NCBI GenBank assembly: GCA_048883045.1
Contig: JBHLRA010000003.1
Location: 1 to 59,501, forward strand
From: Candidatus Thorarchaeota archaeon
GTDB lineage: Archaea; Asgardarchaeota; Lokiarchaeia; Sigyniarchaeales; SOKP01
Direction of reading: 5' to 3'
DNA length: 59,501 bases
Of the stretch, positions 26,877 to 34,026 are shown one piece after another. The first letter of the stretch is position 1; the number at the start of each line of letters is the position of its first letter. A program made the position numbers and the translations under genes. The notes under the pieces are model-generated. The model searched no databases. It saw nothing but the letters and a program-made list of their open reading frames with translations, and was not told where the DNA came from.

Positions 26877-27172
26877 TTATTTTGCCTCCCATGACTGAAT
26901 TTGTTTCTTATCCTCTTTAACCATGATATTTTCTTTAAATACCTTGGATCAATGTTTTTTAAATCATCTTCTAATATTGTCAAATCATTACATATAAATT
27001 CGATCTGATAAACTCTTTGCTTCATATGCACAAACTGCGCCACATTAACCTTAATTCCTGGTTTATTTCGCCATTTAGTAAAAACCTGCCACACATCAGA
27101 AGGAATTATGTCATAACAAATCAAACTGATTGCATTGTTTTTTACAAGACGTTTATGCAATTTTTTATTCAT
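26873..27172 (-). CDS. Hypothetical protein (99 aa)
   Basis: The true start is taken as ATG 27172 (MNKKLHKRLV...). The upstream part of track ORF 26873..27370 is read-through of the stop-free repeat array. Confidence 0.55.
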   Translation of the reverse strand: MNKKLHKRLVKNNAISLICYDIIPSDVWQVFTKWRNKPGIKVNVAQFVHMKQRVYQIEFICNDLTILEDDLKNIDPRYLKKISWLKRIRNKFSHGRQNN

Positions 27173-27423
27173 GACCCTGACCATGCTCCTGATCCTGATC
27201 TTGCCCATGCTCCTGACCCTGACCTTGCCCATGACCATGCCCCTGACCCTGACCATGACCATGCTCCTGATCCTGACCCTGACCCTGACCATGACCTTGC
27301 TCCTGACCATGACCATGACCATGACCTTGACCTTGACCATGACCTTGCTCCTGACCATGACCATGACCATGATCTTGACCTTGACCTTGTTTTTTTGGAT
27401 AATTGTCTTTTACTGATAAACAT
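27169..27423 (-). CDS. Candidate Ser-X dipeptide-repeat peptide, copy 1 (84 aa); coding frame and strand uncertain
   Basis: Conserved ATG: MFISKRQLSKKTRSRSRSWSWSWSGARSW.... The TGA overlaps the ATG of 26873..27172 (ATGA). Confidence 0.35.
   Translation of the reverse strand: MFISKRQLSKKTRSRSRSWSWSWSGARSWSRSRSWSWSWSGARSWSGSGSGSGAWSWSGSGAWSWARSGSGAWARSGSGAWSGS
27173..27389. repeat. Imperfect hexanucleotide array 1 (minus-strand unit G[G/A][T/G]CA[T/A/G])
   Basis: About 36 units punctuated by CAGGAGCA. Open in 5 of 6 frames. Confidence 0.9.
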
Positions 27424-27425
27424 AC

Positions 27426-27644
27426 TCATGACCCTGACCATGACCTTGCTCCTGACCCTGACCATGACCTTGCTCCTGACCATGACCATGACCTTGCTCC
27501 TGACCATGACCATGACCATGATCTTGACCTTGCTCCTGACCATGACCATGACCATGACCTTGACCTTGACCATGACCTTGCTCCTGACCATGACCATGAC
27601 CATGACCTTATTCTTTTGGATAATTGTCTTTTATTAATAAACAT
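27426..27644 (-). CDS. Candidate Ser-X dipeptide-repeat peptide, copy 2 (72 aa); coding frame and strand uncertain
   Basis: Track ORF MFINKRQLSKRIRSWSWSWSGARSW.... Its stop is 2 nt before the copy 1 ATG. Confidence 0.35.
   Translation of the reverse strand: MFINKRQLSKRIRSWSWSWSGARSWSRSRSWSWSWSGARSRSWSWSWSGARSWSWSGARSWSGSGARSWSGS
27429..27608. repeat. Imperfect hexanucleotide array 2
   Basis: Same unit as array 1, about 30 units. Confidence 0.9.
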
Positions 27645-27663
27645 AATATATAATCCTATAATA

Positions 27664-27933
27664 TTATGGTATTACTTTAGTTATAAAATATGATTCTATT
27701 GAATTAAGTCTGATACATAATTCATTAGTAGGTAATTTTTGACAATCATTCCATGATTTGTTTTGCCATGCGCCGGTTTCATAGACAATGTAGGGATTTT
27801 TTAAGATCAAAAAATTATCATTTATAGCAATCAATGTACCTGTGTAATGATAAATTCCGCAAAAAATGAACAGTTGTTGATCCAGATATACTTCTAATTC
27901 TTGTTTAGTTTCAGTTTCAATTATTCTTTTCAT
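27664..27933 (-). CDS. Hypothetical protein
   Basis: 89-aa ORF with a strong SD AAAGGGAGG. Lies between arrays 3 and 2. Confidence 0.55.
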   Translation of the reverse strand: MKRIIETETKQELEVYLDQQLFIFCGIYHYTGTLIAINDNFLILKNPYIVYETGAWQNKSWNDCQKLPTNELCIRLNSIESYFITKVIP

Positions 27934-27960
27934 AAATGCCTCCCTTTTTGGTGTTAAATA

Positions 27961-28128
27961 TTATCCTGATCTTGACCATGACCTTGACCTTGACCCTGAC
28001 CATGACCATGCTCCTGATCCTGACCCTGACCCTGACCATGATCTTGACCTTGACCATGCTCCTGACCTTGACCTTGACCCTGATCTTGACCCTGCTCTTC
28101 TATATAATTTCCTTCTATTGATAAACAT
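27961..28128 (-). CDS. Candidate Ser-X dipeptide-repeat peptide, copy 3 (55 aa); coding frame and strand uncertain
   Basis: ATG 9 nt after the stop of 28138..28980: MFINRRKLYRRAGSRSGSRSRSGAWSRSRSW...; TAA stop. Confidence 0.3.
   Translation of the reverse strand: MFINRRKLYRRAGSRSGSRSRSGAWSRSRSWSGSGSGSGAWSWSGSRSRSWSRSG
27964..28096. repeat. Imperfect hexanucleotide array 3
   Basis: Same unit, about 22 units. Confidence 0.9.
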
Positions 28129-28137
28129 AGTATTATA

Positions 28138-28980
28138 TTACCAATCGTATGTCAAAGTTGCATATACTGTCTCATCATTTGTAACCCTGTTGATCCTATA
28201 TCCAACAAATCCAGCCCATCCCCAGGAGCCTCTTGATTGTTTGACACCATGTCCAATTGATGTATATGTATTATCTATTGTCATTCTGGAGATATGGTCT
28301 ATTCCGTAAGCGTTATCAAAATTAACTTTAACCCGGCCCAATTCCAGCCCATTGACAGATTTGAATATGATATTACCAAATGCCCAATATGTACCTTTTG
28401 GGAAAGTGACAATAACTTCTGTGGATGCAGTCCCATTATCATGATCAATTGTTATTTCAGGAGATAATATTTTTATATTTGGCTGATCACCAGCTATTTT
28501 TAACGTTATAGGCGAGTCAGAAGTAACAGTGATGTGAAACTGTGCAAAGCCGTCTGGTTTTACCTTTGCTATTACCTGCGCAGGATTAAAATAAAGTTTT
28601 GTATAATTAACAAATAGTCCAGATCCAGGGGATGCAATTGGTGCACCATAATATTTTGCATTTGTGATTTGATTATAATTTAAGGAATCGGCTTCGGAAT
28701 TTATATCATTATGAAGCTGTATAGCTTGATTTTCAATGACACCAGAATTGTCAATATTAATATAATTATTCGTAGTAGAATTTATACTATGATCATAATT
28801 ATATGTTTGATCCACATCATAATGATAATCCGTATCATTATAATTATTGTACGTGTTTTCGGTAGTGTTATAAGTGCCATAATCATAATAATTATCATTA
28901 TGGTGTGTTGCTCCATCTGCAAAACAATTTACTGCAAAACAAAGCAGAATACAAAGAATAAGTATGATTGATCTTTTCAT
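28138..28980 (-). CDS. Secreted protein with N/Y/D/T low-complexity region and beta-rich C-terminal domain
   Basis: Start moved to ATG 28980 (MKRSIILILCILLCFAVNCFA, signal peptide), preceded by AAAGGGAGG. 280 aa. Confidence 0.65.
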   Translation of the reverse strand: MKRSIILILCILLCFAVNCFADGATHHNDNYYDYGTYNTTENTYNNYNDTDYHYDVDQTYNYDHSINSTTNNYINIDNSGVIENQAIQLHNDINSEADSLNYNQITNAKYYGAPIASPGSGLFVNYTKLYFNPAQVIAKVKPDGFAQFHITVTSDSPITLKIAGDQPNIKILSPEITIDHDNGTASTEVIVTFPKGTYWAFGNIIFKSVNGLELGRVKVNFDNAYGIDHISRMTIDNTYTSIGHGVKQSRGSWGWAGFVGYRINRVTNDETVYATLTYDW

Positions 28981-28997
28981 GTTGCCTCCCTTTAAAT

Positions 28998-29051
28998 AAA
29001 AAAAAATATATCTGGAGTTGATAATATCTACTAATATCAACTCCAGATATA
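28998..29051 (-). terminator. Rho-independent terminator immediately upstream of gene 28138..28980
   Basis: Perfect 17-bp inverted repeat TATATCTGGAGTTGATA / TATCAACTCCAGATATA (29007..29023, 29035..29051). Followed on the minus strand by 9 T. Confidence 0.6.
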
Positions 29052-29082
29052 ATGTATCACTTGGCTTAGGCCGGTATAGATA

Positions 29083-29133
29083 TTACAACATTATTTTATT
29101 TTTTAAATTTATCTTTCGGCTAAATGGATTCAT
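29083..29133 (-). CDS. 16-codon micro-ORF with perfect SD (candidate leader peptide)
   Basis: AAAGGAGGTGA, then 7 nt, then ATG: MNPFSRKINLKNKIML. Ends 31 nt before the terminator hairpin. Confidence 0.3.
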   Translation of the reverse strand: MNPFSRKINLKNKIML

Positions 29134-29436
29134 ATATAAAATCACCTCCTTTATTATTTATTTTTAGTCTGGGCATTACCGAAATTTATTATTTGTTCTA
29201 TATCCTAGCAATGCCCAGACTTTTGTAATACATTCTTTAACCTAACTTACTTTAACCTAAAAATAATAATACTCTTTGCTGATAATAATAATTTCATTTC
29301 AGCATCATTACCATATATGCAACACCTGTGCCAAACCATTAACTAATTGAAAAATAAAACAATCATTTTATAAACATTACCAATTTATCTATTTATTTGT
29401 TCAAATATTAATCAACCATGCTCAAAAAAGGGAGGC

Positions 29437-29469
29437 GGGAGAAGCTTTGATATTATCTCTGCTTCTCCC
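29437..29469 (-). terminator. Candidate stem-loop/terminator after gene 29516..30376
   Basis: 9-bp stem GGGAGAAGC / GCTTCTCCC with a 15-nt loop. The T6 run on the minus strand begins 7 nt after the stem, which is non-ideal spacing. Confidence 0.3.
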
Positions 29470-29515
29470 TGGCATCATAGGATATATGATGTTTCTCTAT
29501 ATATTAACCCAACAC

Positions 29516-30376
29516 CTATGGTCCAGGTGGGGGAGGGGTTGTACTAGTTGTGGTATTAGATGTGGTGCTAGTACAAGTGCTGGAAAGTGTTGATGTTGTT
29601 GAAGTTTCCGTGCTTGTCGTGGTAGATTCCGACGAAATTGTCGAGGTCGAGGATTCTGTTGAAGAACAGGAACTTGTACTTGATTCGGTTGACTGGGAAC
29701 TTGTCGACGAAATTGTCGAAGAACAGGAACTTGTACTGGAAATCGTTGAAATCGTTGAACTACAGGAACTTGTAGAACTCTGAGTGGAAAGTGTAGATGT
29801 TGAGGATTCAGTAGAACTACAACTTGATGTCGACGAAATTGTCGAAGTTGATGATTCAGTACTTGAACAACTCGAAGTTGTTGAAATTGTTGAACTACAA
29901 GAACTTGTAGTTGATTCTGTACTCGCTGTGGAACAAGAACTTGAACAAGAACTTGAACATGTTGATGTACAAGTACTTGAGCTTGTAGTACTTAGTGTAC
30001 TCGCTGTACTTAGTGTACTTATTGTAGAACAAGAACTTGAACAACTTGAGCTACAAGAACTTGTACAAGATGAGGTAGAGCATGTTGAGGTACAACTTGA
30101 GGTACAACTTGTGGTGCAAGTCGTTGAACATGTTGTAGTACAAGTACTTGTACAAGAACTTGTGCAGCTTGAAGTCGAACAGGTGCTTGTCGTTGTGCTG
30201 GTACATGTACTGGTCGATGTAGTCGTCGTCGTAGTAGAAAACCCAAATAATTCATATACTTGCTCTAATGTAGCTTGCTTTGTAGTTCCTGTATGATTTT
30301 GGTGAACTATTATTCTATCTTGCCAACGCGCTTTATCAACAATTGGATATGCGTTAAAATCACTCATTTTGGGCAT
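29516..30376 (-). CDS. Ser/Thr/Cys-tract protein (45-aa N-terminal domain plus 240-aa low-complexity tract ending PPPPGP); candidate fibre
   Basis: 286-aa ORF. AGGGAGG SD. The tract is almost entirely S, T and C. Confidence 0.7.
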   Translation of the reverse strand: MPKMSDFNAYPIVDKARWQDRIIVHQNHTGTTKQATLEQVYELFGFSTTTTTTSTSTCTSTTTSTCSTSSCTSSCTSTCTTTCSTTCTTSCTSSCTSTCSTSSCTSSCSSSCSSSCSTISTLSTASTLSTTSSSTCTSTCSSSCSSSCSTASTESTTSSCSSTISTTSSCSSTESSTSTISSTSSCSSTESSTSTLSTQSSTSSCSSTISTISSTSSCSSTISSTSSQSTESSTSSCSSTESSTSTISSESTTTSTETSTTSTLSSTCTSTTSNTTTSTTPPPPGP

Positions 30377-30393
30377 ATATTAACCTCCCTTCT

Positions 30394-32013
30394 TTAAAAA
30401 ATATAAGTTAAACCTTCCCATCGTGTAGGATATTCATTTATAGGTAAAGTAAAATTATGTCTCCAGAGTTGAGTAGATGATATACCAGCATGTTTTCTTA
30501 TATTAGCTCTTTGATATGTATCATCCCAATGTAATGATAATAAATTTCCATCCGGATCAATACCAAGACCCCTTGCGCTAAAATCATTTATATCTTCAAT
30601 CCATTCTGTGACTATTGAAGTTAAATTCATACCATTACATTGTCTAATTCTGGATTGAAATAATACCGCCCCCCCAGGGCCTGATTGTGTAATACCATCT
30701 AAATAACATATAATTAAATCCCCATTCCAAATTGTACAACCATTTATATATGATATTGATGTACCAACACTGGGAAGATATGAACGTGATTTTTCTGAGT
30801 TAGTAAACCCATTTAATACCTGAAGATATGCTTGTAAGGATACAGTATCATAACCAACTGTAAAAACATCACCATCGGGGGTAACATCAACACCACGCAT
30901 ATATTGAGAGAATCCAGAAAGATCAATTTCACTACGAGTTGTATTTCCATCTACATCTCTAAACCATATTCTATTACCTGTAGTATTTATTAATATTTCT
31001 TTTGTATCATGCCACCAACCTAAGCCATAAGGATCTCTCCAAGTATTAATAGTTTTTATTAATTCATGACCAGGATATCCACAAATATAAATTGTATTTG
31101 TTGTGCCTGTGCCTTGGCGTTGAGCTATGGCATAATAACTATAATTACAAGCTTTTGGATTAGTTTCAAAACCAATAATGCGGGGGTTTGTATGGTCCTG
31201 AGATATAAATTCAACAACAACACGATCATCTACTTTAAAGACCAAACCATCACAATCCATGTAAACTATAGGCACATCTGTTAAAGTATTAGTAACATTT
31301 ACATCAAGTTGCTGTACCGTACTTGTAGCAGCATCCAAAGTTATATTTGCTGTATCTTGTGTTGGTTTGGCTGTGATTATTCCAACCCGATAAGTAGGTT
31401 TCCATTTTTGCCAACCCGGAAACATGGCGTAATTGTAATAAACTCCTGGAGCTGTTGAACTTACTACTTGTTGTAATTGTCCATCACGGGAAGCAGAATA
31501 AATTGCAGCTCCATCATATCCAGGCCTAACTTGTACATCATTTGTTCGTTCATTCGGGATTTCTATTGTTCCAACATTGCCGGTTAAATCTTCAGTCAAA
31601 TCAGCACACCAGGCTTGCACTGTCGGTTCAGGATTTTCAGCTAATTTATTCTCTATGTATTCTTTACGTTTTTGTAATGATTTTTGTCTTAATTGTGCTC
31701 CCCACCAGGTACGGTCATATTCAACATATAAACGATATTTAGAATTTGTATCTGCCACGGCCGCTGCTACTTGTTCTTTTGTTGCTGTACCAGATATGTA
31801 ATGATTTATTATTATATTCATTTTGGATTTAGCACTATCATACATTGCCCAGGCTGTACCACGACTTGCATGTAATTCTATGATAGTTGTATTGAGCTGT
31901 AATATTGATGCATCTAAATTTATTATTGATTGTTGGGCTCTGGAATCGTCAATATCTAATATAATATTATATTGACCATCTGCTATATGATTTACTATAG
32001 TTCCTTTGCCCAT
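30394..32013 (-). CDS. Tail tip/baseplate-associated protein (unknown family)
   Basis: 539 aa. Position downstream of the tape measure and distal tail genes. The C-terminal half is beta-propeller-like by composition. Confidence 0.55.
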   Translation of the reverse strand: MGKGTIVNHIADGQYNIILDIDDSRAQQSIINLDASILQLNTTIIELHASRGTAWAMYDSAKSKMNIIINHYISGTATKEQVAAAVADTNSKYRLYVEYDRTWWGAQLRQKSLQKRKEYIENKLAENPEPTVQAWCADLTEDLTGNVGTIEIPNERTNDVQVRPGYDGAAIYSASRDGQLQQVVSSTAPGVYYNYAMFPGWQKWKPTYRVGIITAKPTQDTANITLDAATSTVQQLDVNVTNTLTDVPIVYMDCDGLVFKVDDRVVVEFISQDHTNPRIIGFETNPKACNYSYYAIAQRQGTGTTNTIYICGYPGHELIKTINTWRDPYGLGWWHDTKEILINTTGNRIWFRDVDGNTTRSEIDLSGFSQYMRGVDVTPDGDVFTVGYDTVSLQAYLQVLNGFTNSEKSRSYLPSVGTSISYINGCTIWNGDLIICYLDGITQSGPGGAVLFQSRIRQCNGMNLTSIVTEWIEDINDFSARGLGIDPDGNLLSLHWDDTYQRANIRKHAGISSTQLWRHNFTLPINEYPTRWEGLTYIF

Positions 32014-32016
32014 GAC

Positions 32017-32529
32017 TTATGTTCCTGTAATTTCGATTGTAGCTTGACGTGAATTAATAGTATAGGTTATCTGCTCTGCTGTGATATTTGCATAAGCCCC
32101 GGCAATAATTGTGTCAGCCGGTTCAGGATTATTTATTATGCTACAACGAATTGATGTTTTATTTGTAGTGCCTATATAAGAATAATCCTGTAAGGTTACA
32201 GTTGTGGGGGATAAGTTAGAATACGTACGATGTCCAGAAAGTGTGATTGATTTATTATTTGGCCCAATATATGTATAAATATTCTCCAAATCAACCCAGG
32301 CTATCAATCTCCAAATTCCTGTACCTATTATTTTTTTATATAAATACATATCACCATCGGATCGAGAATTTATTGCTGATAATTGGCCATAATAATCTGG
32401 AATAGTTACTTGCATATAAGTTGGATCACCAGAACGAATACGAGTCGAAGCTGAAGAAATTGGAATAGTGACATTTCCTTCACCTGAATGAACCAAAACA
32501 AATTTTATTCTATATCCATAAATACTCAT
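32017..32529 (-). CDS. Tail-module protein, unknown function
   Basis: 170-aa ORF tightly coupled to its neighbours. Confidence 0.5.
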   Translation of the reverse strand: MSIYGYRIKFVLVHSGEGNVTIPISSASTRIRSGDPTYMQVTIPDYYGQLSAINSRSDGDMYLYKKIIGTGIWRLIAWVDLENIYTYIGPNNKSITLSGHRTYSNLSPTTVTLQDYSYIGTTNKTSIRCSIINNPEPADTIIAGAYANITAEQITYTINSRQATIEITGT

Positions 32530-34026
32530 TTATGACCAATCAATATATAAAGCTGCTTTGTAACTTGCTCCCCGATCTATATTAGAGAAACTTCTAAATG
32601 CCCCTGTTGATGATCCATTTTCCATGACTAATATTTGAATATCATTTCCAGATGCCCAACCCCCACGATTAACAATTTCCTGTATAATAGTTTTAATATC
32701 CGGAGAATCATATGCAGTATCTAAAGTCCAGGCCCCCTCATTATTCCAATTAACACTTGCTGTTGTTAAATTCATTGCCACAACATCTGCACAACTTGTT
32801 GGTGTTGTAGCTGTGTCTTCGTCTTCACCTTTCATTAACCATGCAATGCTGGTTCCTGAATCTGAATCTCCGGCTGTTATTGTTATTTTAGCTGAATCAA
32901 TCGTGGCAGAATTGGGAATATTTATATTTTCAAATTTACATCCCCACGACCAAATCCAATCTCCTGCACCATCACGTCCTATATCATCAATAGAATCTGT
33001 ATTATTAAATGTAACTTCAGTAGAATTAAATACCCAATCATCATTACTGGAATCTGGGTAAAATGTACCTTCTGTTGGTGGGGGAGGTGTACTGGAAGTT
33101 GTTGAATTTGTTGATAAAGTGCTGGCTGAAGATGCCGTGGAACTCTGGGTTGATGTCGACGATTCTGTCGAAATTGTGCTGGAGCAAGTGGAAGTTTGAG
33201 TCGTGGAAGACTGGCTGGAAACCGTTGATTCCGTGGAGGTACAAGAACTAGTGCTGGTACAAGTGCTTGAATTTGTTGATTGTGTACTGATTGTAGATTC
33301 CGATGATTTTGTCGAGGACTGGCTGGAGGTCGACGAAATTGTCGAACAACTAGAACTACAACTGGAAGTAATTCGGGTGGTGCTGGTGCTTGTAGATGAC
33401 TGGCTGGAAATAGTTGATGCTGTAGTGGTTTCAGTGGTACTACTCGTAGATGTACAACTGGTGCTGGATTCCGATGACTGGCTGGAACCTGTTGATATTG
33501 TTGAGCTACAGGTTGACGTACAAGATGTAGTATGTGTTGTGGTGCAGGTACTAGATATAGTGGTGTGACTGGAAGTGCTTGTGCAGCTTGAGGTTAGTGT
33601 TGTCGAGCAAGAACTTGAACAGGAACTTGTACAAGTGCTAGTCGTAGTGGTTGTTGTAGTTGTGGGTACAACCCAATCTGACAGAGAAGATTCAACCATA
33701 AAAGTAATCGTAACTAAACCATGTTCGTTTCTTAACTGACTTAAATTTCCTTGATATGCACCATCCGGGGTCGTAAGCGTCAATACATAATAATTTTTAT
33801 GTAGAGTATAAAGAGTATTATATTGTTCTTGTGTCACATTAGCCTGGAACGTAAATGTACGATCTCCATGTGACCATCCATTGTCCCGGATGTTTATACC
33901 TGTATCAAGTGTTGCCGTTTTGTTGACTCGTCTTGATAAGTCTTGATAGTTGGAACCTGACTCCAACACATCTAAGTTTATATAATCATCCAGGGAAAAA
34001 GTTTGCGCTGATATTGATATTTTCAT
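32530..34026 (-). CDS. Distal-tail-position protein with internal 197-aa Ser/Thr/Cys tract and C-terminal beta-sandwich-like domain
   Basis: 498 aa. Its start overlaps the tape-measure stop. The tract is aa 121..317 (33076..33666) and ends TPPPP. Confidence 0.65.
   Translation of the reverse strand: MKISISAQTFSLDDYINLDVLESGSNYQDLSRRVNKTATLDTGINIRDNGWSHGDRTFTFQANVTQEQYNTLYTLHKNYYVLTLTTPDGAYQGNLSQLRNEHGLVTITFMVESSLSDWVVPTTTTTTTTSTCTSSCSSSCSTTLTSSCTSTSSHTTISSTCTTTHTTSCTSTCSSTISTGSSQSSESSTSCTSTSSTTETTTASTISSQSSTSTSTTRITSSCSSSCSTISSTSSQSSTKSSESTISTQSTNSSTCTSTSSCTSTESTVSSQSSTTQTSTCSSTISTESSTSTQSSTASSASTLSTNSTTSSTPPPPTEGTFYPDSSNDDWVFNSTEVTFNNTDSIDDIGRDGAGDWIWSWGCKFENINIPNSATIDSAKITITAGDSDSGTSIAWLMKGEDEDTATTPTSCADVVAMNLTTASVNWNNEGAWTLDTAYDSPDIKTIIQEIVNRGGWASGNDIQILVMENGSSTGAFRSFSNIDRGASYKAALYIDWS

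Noticed and set aside
26873-27370. 165-aa track ORF with an MVMVMVRSKVMV N-terminus
   Set aside because: The N-terminal 66 aa are read-through of the stop-free hexamer array. A normal ATG (27172) starts the non-repetitive 99-aa protein and overlaps the stop of the upstream candidate ORF.
27017-27693. Plus-strand Asp-His/Asp-Leu frame (DHDHDLDLAPDHD) of the arrays
   Set aside because: The frame is open only because the unit cannot form stops in it. It has no conserved start or end relative to the arrays, and the flanking conserved sequence does not keep a consistent reading in this frame. It is kept only as a formal possibility.
27173-28096. CRISPR array interpretation of the repeat blocks
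   Set aside because: The units are 6 nt and contiguous, without unique spacers. There are no cas genes and no 24-40-nt repeat periodicity.
28981-29040. N-terminal extension of track ORF 28138..29040 (MILVDIINSRYIFFYLKGGN)
   Set aside because: The extension runs through the terminator hairpin and A-run. An ATG with a perfect SD and a signal peptide starts at 28980.
29550-30296. Plus-strand ORFs (77 and 170 aa, VEVEDSVEEQELV-type) and a minus alternative-frame ORF (30019..30255) inside the 286-aa tract gene
   Set aside because: These are shadow ORFs. They arise because the Ser/Thr/Cys tract uses only W-S-N codons, whose complements avoid stops. They have no SD and no independent support.
32813-33568. 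Plus-strand and alternative-frame ORFs inside 32530..34026
   Set aside because: Shadow ORFs of the tract and of the C-terminal domain. They are nested in a well-supported gene.
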